The notes below the pieces were generated by a model. The model did not search any database and had not been told where the DNA came from. It was given only the letters and a program-made list of their open reading frames with translations. Position numbers and translations under genes: made by a program. From Pseudogymnoascus verrucosus (Eukaryota), in NCBI GenBank assembly GCA_001662655.1, contig KV460221.1: DNA of 64,000 bases; one strand, written 5' to 3'. Shown piece after piece: positions 22,518-35,873 of the stretch. How positions within the stretch are numbered: position 1 is the stretch's first letter; each line of letters opens with the position of its first letter.

Positions 22518-25215
22518 ATCTGTAGAGCGAGCCCTATGCTAGTCAGGGCGGGCCAGAGCATCGTGTGTGGGCACTTCTAGATCATCTGGGCCAGGCTGGT
22601 TGCTATCTATCTATCTATCTATATCTATCTATGATGTACGGAGTAGAGAGCGCAAACGTGTAGTAGACACGCCAGAATCGCCTCTACTAGGCCAGGTACA
22701 GTACCAGAGTTTGTGGTATATCCGCCGGACGTATCTTTCACGGACACTAAAGCTGCAGCAAAACCACGGTTTCAAGTAGCGCGTCTGGTACCTGACTTAC
22801 ATCGGCACCGTCAATCAATCAATCGCCCATCAATCACCCATCACCCAACGATTCGCGCCGGCGCGACGACAGGACAGAGCAGAGCTAGGCTACATATCAC
22901 AGTTCCCTAGGACGGATAACGGAGTAGCCGGACAAAAAGCTTCATCATCATCGATCGAATCCAGGTCGTCGGCCACCATCAGGGTCGCTAGGGTCGTTTT
23001 TTTCTAGTAGTGGTTGCAGTAAATTATCGATAATCGCACCCATAAGATCAGCCTAGGAGATTGGCGGGATTGTCTGTTAGGTGGGGGCTACGGCTTGCGA
23101 GGATGGTCGCTCTAGAGTGCGATGGACGGTGATCGCTTCCACCCTCGGTCGACGATGACGTTCGCTCATTAGGGAATCCTTAGGAACCCCCTAGTACTGT
23201 ACTGTACAGGCGGAGTACGTGGGAAGTTGTCAACGGCGTGGCCAGCACACCCCCCTGTCGAAGTTATGTATGATACTCGAGTACATCCAGCCACCCACCC
23301 CCCGGTCCAGCCACTCGCTCGCTCGTGCCTGCTCTTGGGCCAAAAAACCTGTACTCGAAGACAATTTTCGCCATCTCCGCCGCCCGCTTCGACGATTGCC
23401 CTTAAGCTAGTGGAAAACACTCTATGTACACTGTACTAGCTGGGTGCAAGTGCATGGTTTGTGATGCCATAAATAAACTGGCCGGACGCAGAGCGAAATG
23501 GCCGGAGCTTTCGGACGACGCGGGGGGATAGGGATAACCTTACTTTTCCCTTTCACTTACTCAACTCACTCACTCACTTACTCGGCCCCCCTTCCCCCTT
23601 CCTTCTCGCTCGGTGGATAGATGATGGGGTGAGCACTAGATCGGGGCTGTGGTGGCAAGAGGTACTCTTTCTAGGGAGTGATTGATGAACGACTGGTGCG
23701 ATACGGGGTTGGATACGAGTATGGCTGCTGTCAAGATTAGGTGCCAAGGCAGGATACGCGGATGGCGGATGCGGAGGAGGGACAGGCAGCGGCGGGTTTG
23801 TGGCACAGCACAGGAGATGGGATGGGGATGGGATATCTTCAATCAATCTGTGGCCTATGATTTTCGGCGGATATGTGTATGGCCGAGTGGGTGGAGGCAT
23901 CGCATCGCATGGTATGTGTATTGTATATGCAGGTCACCCAAATCTGGCGGCCATCGGAGCAGCGGCCATAACAATCAATCAATCAGCACTCCCACTCCCA
24001 CTTCCCTTTCTCTTCCCTGTCCATCATACCCATCCCCCAAAGCGGCACCTAGGCGAAGTGGAAATGTGGGAGGAATTCTTGGAAATCAGACCACTACCAC
24101 TGCCAGTCCCGGTAGCTCCCCTTGGAAGTCCCTAAGTCCCTCTCTCGTGGGGCTGGGTGGTGGGTGGTTGGTTGGTCCCTTTTCCCTTGTACTGCTGTAA
24201 AGTACAGTACTGTGGTATGGTAATTGGTATATGAAATTCTTTCGGTTCTTCTTCTCCATAGTAAGTACAGTATAATCGAGCAGCGCACGAACAAACGACG
24301 CTACTGTGCCAATCTCAAAGTTAGCACTGCCCAGTTCCCGCAAGCATCAGAGACTTTTTCATCTCGCAGCGAGGAGCAAGCAGCAGTGCAAGGTACAGCA
24401 GCGGGAACAGCCAACCCAACAAGTTGTGCGGTATATGATGCATGCACTGTACTGGATTCGCTGCTACTGCACAGTAAAGGGTCGATCGAGGTTCTGCGTT
24501 GTCTCTCCCTCCTGCCTGACTGTTGATCATTTAATTTAGCAAGTATACTTCTACCAAGTTAACAGGGCCAGTTAGCAGGCAGGCCGGTTAGCAGCCCTAG
24601 ACAAAAAGCCGTGACCGGATGGTGGTGGGTGGTGGTAGCCACGAAGTGAGACATTGTTACGGAGAAGGGGCATGCATGCAGTGCGTTGATACGATTTCAT
24701 ACGACGATGGCGTCCAGGGCATGAGAAGTTGGATGTCCATCGAGTCCATCGAGTCCATCCAAGATCATCCCATCAGCATCAGGGCTCCATTTTCCAACTG
24801 TGGGATCGCCGGGCGTTCCCTCTTGCTCCATTGCTCCAATTTGCTCCACCCGCGCAGCCTGCTCATCGTAGAAAAATTGGGATGCGAATTTCTTCACGGG
24901 AAAGTACGAGTGGTTGTGCCTTCCTTTTGCTGGTTTGGGAGATGGGATGGGGCGGGGATGGGCTGTGGGAAGTGGGATATGGCGGCGGTACTTTTGGTGT
25001 AGAATACAGTAGTGGAGATGGGAGTGGAGTGGGCAAAGTAGGCAGTGGGCAGTAGGCAGGTACTATAATAGTGGTTTGGAGTAGTGGTAAGTGGCAATCA
25101 GTGGGATTGAGCATCTATGTTGTATTTTGCTGTGTGGAGGTTTATTATACTGGCTGTGGGCTGTAGAGTACATACTGTGAATATCTACGGAGACTACAAA
25201 AACAAGGCCCCCGAG

Positions 25216-25434
25216 AATCACTAACTAAAAGGTACTTCTGTCTTCTACTATATCACCACTATAAACCCAGGTACTCTTTGCCTGACAATCACTAACCAAA
25301 AGATACTTCCTTCCTCTACCATCCCACTACCATAAACCCAGGTACTCTTTGTCTAACAATCACTATCACTAACCAAAAGATACCTCCTCCACCCACCACC
25401 GCACCACCACAACCACAAGTACTCTTTGCCTAAA
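25216..25434. repeat. Degenerate 71-bp tandem repeat x3
   Basis: Units start 25216, 25287, 25358: AATCACTAAC(T/C)AAAAG(G/A)TAC...GTACTCTTTG(C/T)CT. Confidence 0.8.
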
Positions 25435-26332
25435 AACGCTTTTTATATTTATGCAACCCCATCCCATCTACAAAATTCAATCGAAATTCGCTACTTCCCC
25501 CATTCACGCCATCAACCTCCAATTACCCCCAATCACCAAAGTACCATTCCCTCCACCACCACATACAAAAGATACCTCTCATCACCAATTCCCATCCTAT
25601 GCATAAAATAAGTACCACCCTACTATCCTAACCGTACTACTGTGGTCCCGCCGCCAAGTCCAAAAAGCCACTGGCGAACGCCTTCGACGCAGAACGAAGT
25701 TATTGTCATCCACTCATCCACTCTATTGTATCTCCTCCTTCGACAATTCCACAACCCCATCCTAGCCACGTCAAACCACGAAAAAAGCCACCACCGTTCG
25801 TTCTCCCCAATAATTTACCAACTACAAACCAAAGCTGTAATTCACACAGCTGTAGTTGCCGACACTCGTTCACATCTATTGGCGGAAAGAGAAACATCAC
25901 CTTCGTTTTTGATCTTGTCCTGGCGACCACCTCCGACCAGAGACATACCAACCTTTTTTCCGCGAACAGCCTCACGATCACGATCCTACCAGCCCCATCG
26001 TCAATCCTCATCCCATCATCCACACCGGCGCACATACACACGCTTCTCCCGCTTCAAACGATAACCACCCCCGCCAGCCACCCCCTCCGAACACACATAC
26101 CTGCCCTTGCCGCATACAGTGCAGGTCAGACATCCCGTCACAAAAGCAAGCGCCCAACACGCCTCAAATATCCACCGAAACTTATACTATCCTAGCCCGC
26201 GTCAAGTTACAACACAGCGTCCGTGTGCGCGGGTGAACTGGCGCCATTGGCACCACACGCCTCCTTCCATTTGCTGCCACCTCATCTGTCGTGTCTTGGA
26301 AATAGTGCGCCGACTTCTCCCATTTGGGCAAG

Positions 26333-29025
26333 ATGGCTCCGACAGCTCCTCGACTGAGGATCCTCTCAGGTCCGTCTATCCCTCTAACCCAATTGATCTC
26401 CCATACCGTTCTTCACCTCAACCCCCCCCCCCCCCAAAACCCTCAACCCCGGTCCCGCCGACTCTGTCCCGTCCCTCCAAGTTAGGACAAATGCAACTGC
26501 GCTTCCTACCTTCGCTTTTTTTAAACTTCCCGTCCCTGTTGCTCTCCGACTCACCTGCGCGTCTGCCGATGAACTGTCAAATATGGGCGACGCAATGCTA
26601 ATGGAAGTCTGTGTAGTGGGCGGAAATGCAGTGTCGGCCTTTCTATCATGGAGGCTTCAAGCAACGAATGCTTGTGATGTGACGTTGGTATGGAAGTCTG
26701 GTTTCGACGCGGTCTCTCAATATGGCATTTCATTCAAGTGAGTCTCGCGGATGGACAATTCCTCAATGCCAAGCCACAAATACTGACAGCCTTCCTCCAG
26801 ATCGACAGCGTTTGGTAACGAGCGCTTCAAGCCGCGGCATGGTAAGTTCGATCTGCCAGATCCTGCGAATTCGTTGCTGACTTCAATTCCCTAGTTGTCC
26901 GGACACCAGAAGACGCTGCCGCCAGCAAAGAGGGCGCTTTCGATTACGTCCTGCTCTGCGTCAAGGCCCTTCCCGATATTTACGATCTCGCGGCTGTAAT
27001 TGAGTCGGTGGTCACTCCTCAACACACCTGCATTCTCGTCAACACGACACACACTCTCGGCGTCGAGGCGCATCTCGAACAGCGATTCCCGACCAACGTT
27101 GTCCTATCCCTGGTATCCGGCGCGGAACTCACACAGCTAGGAGTCAGTGAATTCGAGCACAAGGCATCCACAGAGGTCTGGGTGGGCGCTGCGAATAAGA
27201 ACGCGGCTATACCGGCGTCGATACAGCAGGATATGGCCGAGGCGCTGGCAATGACGCTGAGCACCGGACAAGTGGACTGCAAGGTGTCGCGCAACATCCG
27301 CCAGCAGCAGTATGAGAGGATGATCGGGTATGGATATTACAGTTCCTACGAGAAACACGCTAACTATTTTCTAGACCCATTGCTTTCCACCCACTGAGTG
27401 TGCTCATGGAGACTCCGTCCCACGCGGCCCTGCTCGAGAAAACGGCTGTCTTGCCGATGATCAAGGATGTGATGGACGAACTACTACGCATCGCCGAAGC
27501 ACAGGGGTGCACTTTCCCGAAAGGGTTCACCGAAAAGACCCTCGAAGAAATGGTCCGCCCATCCGAGTCGAATAGCATCATGTACCAGGATTTCATGGCG
27601 AGGAGACCAATGGAGGTCGAAACTTACTTGGGGTCGCCTATCAAACTCGCACAGTCGGTTGGCCTGAAAGTGCCCCGAATCGAAACGTTGTACGCGCTGT
27701 TGCACAGCGTCAACATTGTGAACCAACAGAAGCCCAAGGAAGCCCCAGTGACCCCTGCTGTGAACGGGAATGGCCAGTTTCCGACACGGTTATCGTCAGC
27801 CCCGATACCGCGGCCGATGAACGGGCCGAATGGTGCGCCCAATGGTATGCCCAATGGTATGATGAATGGTATGGGCAGAGGACGAGGAAGGGCTCCATCG
27901 ATGGGACCACCACCCGGAATGAGGCGTGGAGGACCAATGAATGGCGCTCCAAACGGCTACGGACGGCCGCCACCAAATGGCTATGGGTCGAGCCAACAGT
28001 CGAGACGCGGGTCTATTGACAATGAGTTGGCAGACGAGTTCAGCCATGTTGTGCTCTACGATGATATCCCAGAAGGCGTCTCTAATATGGGCAACGGGGG
28101 TGACGATATGGCGCTTCGCGAGCGTGAACTGATGCTCAGACAGCGTGAGATCAACATGAGGGAACAGGAAATGCGCATGAGGCGTGGACCACCACCAGGA
28201 CCCAGGAGAGGCGGCGCGACCCCATCCATCCGGAATGGCGGCTTCGACGATGATGACGACGACGATGACGAGTACTTTGACCCAACTAGCCGTCCAGCAC
28301 CACCGCTCATCGACCCGGATAACTTCGACATGATGAGCGTCACCTCGCGACGCAACCGCAAGGCGCCTAGCATCAGCCAGAGCAAGATGCGCAGCAATCC
28401 CGAAGGCGACTCCAGGAGGGGATACGGCCAGAGGCCCATGCAACCCGGCAGGAACCGATCTAGCGCCAGGTTAATCGGCAACCTACCCGGCACGCACGAC
28501 TCCATTATGGACGACCCGCTGATGGGCTACTCGTCGAACCGCTACGGAAATGTCGACCGCCAGTCGCTAGGACAGGATTCAAGGGCCGCCTCGTTAACGT
28601 CAGCACGACTTGATGAACTGCAGTTTGCTGGCGGCCACATGAACGGACCCTTCCCTCGCCGGACAAGCCAATCCCCTGGAAACCCCTACAGCCCGCAACT
28701 CGGCCGCGGCAATGGCCGACCATCGCCACCCAACGGACACATGGGATACCCACCTAACGGACGCCCATCTCCACCCGGAGGCATGAGGCAGCCGATCCCA
28801 CAGTACCCACCGGGACAGGGCAATATGGTTGCGCCGCAGCAAGTCGAGCAGCATGCAGGGGTGAGCGCCCTCCACCTGCCTAAAGGGCCCGTAAACAACC
28901 GAAGTCTGACTGGTAGTGCGAGCGCCAGCGCGGGGAGTGGTGATAGTGCACACATCGACTCTGAGAATTCGGCACACAGCAGCCAGAGCAGTCTCGGGCC
29001 GCGATTCCCTGTGGGGGTACGGTGA
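26333..29025 (+). CDS. Ketopantoate reductase (PanE/ApbA)-fold protein with long Pro/Gly/Asn-rich tail (Svl3/Pam1-like), ~760 aa; join(26333..26369,26617..26737,26801..26841,26895..27327,27375..29025)
   Basis: Spliced N-terminus RILSVGGNAVSAFLSWRL (divergent Rossmann), FDYVLLCVKALP, SIMYQDFMARRPMEVETYLGSPI (ApbA_C); four canonical introns keep frame. Confidence 0.88.
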
Positions 29026-29720
29026 GCTGGTTGGGAGGTCTCCCGAGGCGGAGGCCCGGCCGCGTCAAGCGTGGTGATATAGGGGAGGAAGACATGAAGA
29101 TGGCGCGGTGACGAAAAGCGCATGTCCTGCCAGCCCCCTTTAGCAACACGAGAGCGGCACCAGACCACGACTGTTTTACCCGATTATAACGCAATACATA
29201 TACACAAGTCATCGAAAACTACTACTACTACTCTTCTCACACGAAAACAACCTTTTTTTCCACCAACTCGACCCAATGAGGCGAGGGCCACGGGAAGGAG
29301 GCGCTTTAATCACGATTACTGGCTGCGGGGTTTAATAATGAATATTGGGCTTCTTTTTTTTATTACTATAGAGATTCGATTTTTCTCTCGACTGGGGGGA
29401 TTTGCGACGGACGGACGCAGGGCACAAAAGCAACCATGCGAACGGACGGATGTTCTTTCCCTCTTCTCTCGAGAGATATTGAATGGCGGGGCTGGGATGG
29501 GGGTTATCTATACTGGACCGGGGTGGACTTGGTAATACGTCTAGTTGTCTTTGGGCATTTCTGCATGGTTCCGCGGCGTTCGTTCGTTTTTTCGACATCC
29601 GTTTTTCGTGCTTGTCTTTTTTTTTTTGTGTCTGGGAGAGATGGATGGGATGGGATGGATTGGTTGGGGAAGGAAAGGGGGGGAGGTATACAGATCCCTC
29701 TTTCTTTTATTACACCCGCC

Positions 29721-29734
29721 TTACTACTACTACG

Positions 29735-29770
<36 letters not shown>

Positions 29771-29774
29771 TTAC
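29721..29774. repeat. (TAC/CTA)n microsatellite
   Basis: Run of ctactacta... with one interruption, downstream of the PanE-like gene. Confidence 0.9.
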
Positions 29775-30231
29775 CGTCCTTGTTGTTCATCTTCTTTTTA
29801 TTACTTTTTTACTACTACTGGAAACGGAAACTCTCTCTTTTGTTTGGGTGAGATGGATGGGTGGTGTTGTGGAATGGGATGGGTCTGATTGTGGGTAAAC
29901 AGGTTGTTGGAGGGGATTTTGTATGGGTGGGAGGGTGGGATTGAGGGGATGATAGGGGTAGATGGGGGAATGAAAAAGGAGTGATGTTATGTGCTGTTCT
30001 ATGCTGCTGTGTGTGAATTGGCTGTAAATGAATGTGGTGATGTGTGATGTGATTGACTGGGTAGGTGGGTGAGTGAGTTGTGCCAGCCCCAGTACAACAA
30101 CGCCATCGACAGGCAGGCTATGAACGATGCAACAAACCCAAAAACACTATCGATCTATCTCCACAAATCATTCGCCGGAACAGGCAGCAGCGAACACATC
30201 CGCTGTGTTCTGCTCATAGTATCGAGCGAGC

Positions 30232-31189
30232 TTACTCACTCCCATGACCGCTTGACATGCAGACGAGCTTCGAAGCGGTAGAGGTGCGCGAGGTAGCTGG
30301 GGGGGAGAGTGCGCGGGTGGGTATGGTATTGATGACTCTGGTGGTGAGGGAGGTGGTGCCGTCTCCAGGATGGCTAGACTGGGGGCAGGGGGAGGGTTGG
30401 GGATTGGGGGGAGTTGTGGATACTGAAGAGGAAGGAAGTGATGTGTTGGTTCGCGAGTACAACGTCTTCGTGATGGATAGTCTACACAGACTACAAGATT
30501 TCCAAAAATAACTTTGATCCACCACCTAATTTGATACTTCTCAAACCCCTAATCACCCCCAAATCTACCAATCATACTCCCACCCAACCGCCAGTGGCGT
30601 CCGCTTCAACCTCCCCGGCGGCGACGCCAGGTTGAATTTTGAAATCAGGAAGATACAATCCTCCTCCACTAGCACAGCGTTCAGGGCCGCAAACCCGTCT
30701 TCATCCACCTTACTAGGCAGAACCTGCATGGCTGAACCGAAGAAACTCTGTTGGTAGATGGGGAGTTCGTGGTCGTAGATCGAATAATGCGTCATCTTGA
30801 CCAGCTGCCTATTCTTCAGATCGAGGGTAATCATAACTCCTATTCAGCCAGGCCGCATAGCCACACAGCGAGACGTGCTCCGTGACATCGAACACGCGCC
30901 GCGGATTCTGGGGAATCTGCGCACTAATCCCGTCGCCGGGTTCGGGACCGTGTCGTCTATCTGGAACTCGTTGTGGATCAACCAACTAGAAGCGGATTCG
31001 AGCTATACCATGGCGGAAGGGCCTCGGAGGGGAGTATACGGCAGACGCGCGTGATGGGGGGCTGTTTGGGGCGGCGACGGCGGGGGTTGGATTTGCTTTG
31101 GGGGTAGACGGTTGTGGAGCGGGGACTGGCTCGCCTCGTTTGGCCTTGAGGTTTCTCAACCTCGATGGCTGTCTCGGTGTGGTTTCCAT
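30232..31189 (-). pseudogene. Probable degraded gene of unknown function
   Basis: Protein-like segments in different frames (METTPRQPSRLR..., WLIHNEFQIDDTVPNPATGLVRRFPR..., MTHYSIYDHELPIYQQSFF...LKRTPLAVGWEYD) separated by stops and frameshifts; no intact spliced model found. Confidence 0.35.
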
Positions 31190-31385
31190 GTGCGGTATAA
31201 AATCGTTGAGAGGACGGGGTTGTGCGTGTATTGAGCCTTTGGAGATTTGGCGGGGTGAACGAGCACGAGGTTACAAAGATGGATGGGGTAAGGAAAGGTG
31301 CGGGACGATGCTTTGGTTACATATGCCACAATAGATTTAAGCTAATTATATTTACGTATTAAAGTAGATTATATTGATAGAGGTG

Positions 31386-32449
31386 TCATGAGTATAAAAC
31401 ATAAGAACATTTCCTACATCCTATTATAGGTACTACTAAATTCTCTTCTTGCCTTCCATTCCATTCTCGGTCAAAAACTGTAAGGGATCTTTGTGCTAAC
31501 GAGCGAATTAGCTGGCCATCTAAGAGAACAAGAAACTGTTGGCTTACCAGTCGATACAATATCAAGAGCTTTGACAAATACATTCAATGGCTGTTCTAGC
31601 ATGAAGACAGCCCCACGAGCGATATCCTCACCTTCCAAAGGAGTAAATCCCTCAAAGAACTTCTCGTATTGCGACTTATCATGTCCCACCCTCAAGCTGT
31701 GGAAGTTGGTCGCCACGCAACCGGCTCCTAGCACCAGGACTCGAATATCAGCCCCGCTGAGCTCATTTCTCAATGCGTTGCTGAATGCCTCTTGAGCCGC
31801 TTTACCGGCGTGATAAACAGACTCGCCCGGAAATAGAGGAACTTCGAGACCAGTGATAGAGGAAATGTTAAGAATGGTACCAGCTTTCTTTTTCATGAAA
31901 GAGGCATTAAGTACTGCATATGTCATGAACATCATCCCGTTTATGTTCGTGTTGTTCATCTGTAAGATATATGAGATTGAAAGGTCTTGGAATGCTGCTG
32001 GGGCTCAGAGCGCAAGACCGGCCTGGTTATTAAAACTTTTAGTGAAGGTTCGACTGCTTAGATTGGCATCTTACGTTATTGATTAGAATATCAATGTCAC
32101 CCATCTCCTTGAGTGCATTCTGTACTCCCGCCTTAACACCTTCATAGTCCTGAATGTCCACAGAGGCACAGTAGACTTTTGTGCCAGGATACTTGCTTTT
32201 GATACTTTCCGAAAGCTCTGTCAGTTTAGACTATTTTATGGGAGAATTTCTCATGTTAGATTGGTAAAATGGCTGCTCACTTCTGTTCTAGAGAACAAAA
32301 TCAAATTTGCCCCGTTCTCAGCTAACGCCAGCGCGATCTGCTTTCCGATACCAATCGAAGCACCAGTCTTGTTATAAATTTAGAAATGTAATAGCTAGGG
32401 TGACATCGGATCATACAACAAGCACATTTTTCCCGTTGATTGATGACAT
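31386..32449 (-). pseudogene. Short-chain dehydrogenase/reductase (YdfG/YMR226C-like) with in-frame stop; exons 32417..32449, 32281..32367, 32075..32230, 31548..32022, 31386..31495
   Basis: VTGASIGIG, DILINN-AG, NISS, YHAGK motifs; all splice sites in frame but TGA at 32005-32007 gives NNAGLAL*AP. Confidence 0.8.
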
Positions 32450-33287
32450 TTCTGTTTGTAAGAGCAATAGTTACGGGATATCGAATCGTCTTGATCGAAG
32501 AAGAATCCGGTTTGAGAGAGTGGCGGCGACTATACGGGTTGAAGTACAGATCAAAGTGCCTTACAAATACAAATATACTGGTTATGTAGATCAAGAGCAA
32601 TAGCGTAATATGGATTAGTGTCCTAGTAGTGTTATCTGGTGGTGCATACAGTACCAACAACAAGTGTTCGGGTTACTGCGATCTTTAGCGGGGAGACCCC
32701 ACCCACCATTTAGCCAAGTCAGGACATACCGGTTGGACGATATTCTAAAGTATGGGGAACACAGCCAATATCATATGTGGTTCTCTGGCTGCCGTAATAT
32801 CTCACATGGCACACGGGGCAAGAACCACAGAAAATATAGCATATAGAATAAATAAAATCAATTGAATTACTACACTATCTGCGACTCTACGTATCATATT
32901 TGTAGGTCTCATAGACACCTTAAACCCCTCTCAAGCTAAGGAGCTAAGGGTCGAGCCGCAGCTAAGCCTAGTGGCTGCATATCAGGCAACCAATTGAGGA
33001 ACTAGACTGGATGGTTAGGGATATTGCCATTCTGGAGGCAAAGGAACTGCGCACGTCCCCTTTCCCCTCAACAATACCCATTGCCATAGGCACAGCGTTT
33101 AAGGAATTCTTGTTGATTTCGAGTCACTTTCCCATCATTTGGGTAATAGTCGGAGTGTTTGGCCGTCCTGGTTTTTGTACCTTGTTCAGAGTGCCTTGCT
33201 CTTATTTTCCGTCGTCCGGCATACGTGATAACGTTTAGAGACCTTCCAATATTTGCGTCGCACGGTCATTCCTCAAATCGTGAGATA

Positions 33288-34672
33288 ATGCCGAGCTTCA
33301 AGTGGCTCCGAAAGAAGGTGTTACGGAAAAAAAAGAGAGGCAGTAGGAACAAGGACCTGCTCCCTCTCCTCCCCGCTGACCGACCAAGCATTTTGACGCC
33401 GTCGACGTCGTCAGAGAACCTCGTGTCTTTTGACAACTACGGTCTCTTTCAGCGCCTTCCATATGAAATCCGCCGCAGTATTCTTATTGAAGCATTTGGT
33501 GGGCGCACATTACACATGGATTTAGAATTCAACCATCCGCTTGTACGGAAGTCTGGGACACAAACGGAGATCAGCCACTGCGACCTTGATTCGAACCTAA
33601 TCCGGGACACTGATATCCGCAAAGGCTGGCAGTGGTTTGGCTGCGTGTGTCATCGGCGAGAAGATGGTCACTGTGGCAGTTTGTTTCGCTCACTATTCGG
33701 TACGAGGGAGGGCGAGCTGATCCCGAAGGGGAGACCATGGGAGGACACATGTTGGAGAGGCATCCCAAATCCTAGCGAGTGTGGGCTGCTGCGGGGAAAA
33801 GACGGACCTTCAAAATGTTTTATTGGCATCATTGGATGGCTATTGGCATGCCGACAAGCGTAGGTGATCTCCAAGACCTCTCATGTTTTCTATTGGCATC
33901 TAAGAATAACAATGACTTGAGCAGTTATGCTGATGGCATTGATGTCCTTTTTGCGACTAACACGTTTCATCTAAAGAGCCCTGATCTACTGGAGCACCTC
34001 CAGCGCATGGTACTTCCCCAGCGATTACGCGCTATCCCGTTTCTTGAAATGTGCTGGCTCAATAAATATAGTAGATCCCAATTGCGGGTTCTCTGGGACG
34101 ATCCGACAACAGAGGACTCGGAGTTGCATGCACTATGTCGGATGGTCCCTCAGGCGTTTCCTAATGTTCTCCGTCTTGACATTACAATCATATGCGATAT
34201 CAGGCCTACTGGAGATGACTTCCCAGACATCACTTGGGCGACTCGACGTGTTCGAGCAAGGACTCTGAAGTTGTCCGCGTTAGCGATGGAACATTCCATT
34301 TTTGGCCCTATTGAGAGAATGCTACGCACTCTAGGGCCTGGGCGAGAGTTCAGTATCACCATCTCGATGTGTGCTTGGGAAATCTTAGCAGATAAGCATC
34401 GTGTTTTATATGGCTCGGAACTCAAGATCGAATGGTACTGCTCTGGGATCGAAGGTCGGTTTTGGAAGGTGCTTGACCCTGTTAATGAATTGGGCTACTG
34501 GATTTGCTGTGGTGATAACCAAGAGATGAGGATGCGATATCTTGATTGTGGTATGGGACAAGGTGCGGAGAATGTGCGGAACGCGGAGATCCAGGAGGCC
34601 GCGCAGATCGTGGAGGATGCGCAAATTGCGACGGACGCGGAGAGTGCAGAGAACGCGCAGAACGCGGCCTGA
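33288..34672 (+). CDS. Fungal F-box-like hypothetical protein (DUF7730-like), ~439 aa; join(33288..33859,33925..34672)
   Basis: LFQRLPYEIRRSILIEAFG...WQWFGCVCHR...GWLLACRQA-YADGIDVLFATNTFHL pattern; GTAGGT..CAG intron joins frames. Confidence 0.72.
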
Positions 34673-35873
34673 AATTGTCGTTATTGACTATTTCTACAAA
34701 CTGGGAGATGCTGCTCTTAGAGCTAAAGAGATTAGTTGCAAGGGGGAAGTTTGGCTGGGGCGGCACATCTGTTACATCAGAACACAATTGTCAACACTTA
34801 TAAATAGATGGCTATATGAGAAAGACATACGTATAGTTTATACCTCCATAATTGTACGTAGCAAACCCAGAACCCTGATAAGTGTCTAGGTACCTGGCAT
34901 ATGATGACATTGAAGAGTTTGAATGTCCAAGGTCGAGAGTCATACTCCCAAGTGGATGAAACGCCCTTGGAGAGTATACAGTACCTGACATATTTGCGAG
35001 AACAGACTGACCCGCTCCAGTGAGATTACTAGCTGAGAGCAGTGAACAAATACTAGACAAAGCACCAAGAACATTGGAACTGGCGCGGTTAGTCCAGTGC
35101 CTGCTCTGTAATGATAGCGCTGAGTGGCACATGAGAAAGAAGAATCTTTCGAATCTTTCCTAATATACGTAAATGTGACCACACATATGTATGAATTAGC
35201 TTCACCTGGGGCTACTACTCCTAGGATTGATAATCTAGAGCGACAGTGCATAATCACTGTTATTAAAACACGAATAGTGAGACTGGACTCGCATCTTCTT
35301 ACCTGACCCTAAAATAACGAGCGTATTCTGGAACAAGGGACTGGGAGGTGGTCTAGGAATAGGGATTCTGTTGAGGCGGTGAGTGAGACTTCTGACAATT
35401 AGTGAACAATGTCTTATAGAGCTCATCAGTGCAAAAGGCACCTCATGAGATTTATCCCTAATTACCATGTGTTATAGAGACTTTAGATCCATTCTATTAA
35501 TAAATATGTCAACCCCGCGCCTGCCGTTTCCAGAGGACCAATACGCTTGAGAGGAGCCGGTTGATTCGTCAGGTCGGGCATGGTGGATAGAGACGATGGG
35601 GAGGGTGTTTGGCCCATTCGAAAAATAGCTGTATCATTTGCTAAGGAAATTGACTCTTAGTTATAGTGGATCTGTGAAAAGCGTCCAAATATTGCTCATT
35701 GTCCAGTGTGTCTGAGTCTTCATACACCTCCTCCCCGTCGAAACGGTGGACTAATTTATGCTTATTGAGGAACACAACCTGTTTTGCTCCTCGCTATCAG
35801 TGAAATACAGATAAACTAAATCTACAATCCCTCGCGTTCCTCCTGTTCTTCTATGAAATAAGGGAGATCATTC

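Noticed and set aside
29436..29898. ORFs with poly-Tyr/poly-Leu/poly-Thr
   Set aside because: Translations of the (TAC)n microsatellite.
32300..32320. Apparent frameshift in SDR exon 2
   Set aside because: On recount the C4 run keeps the frame (ENGANLILF); only the TGA lesion is real.
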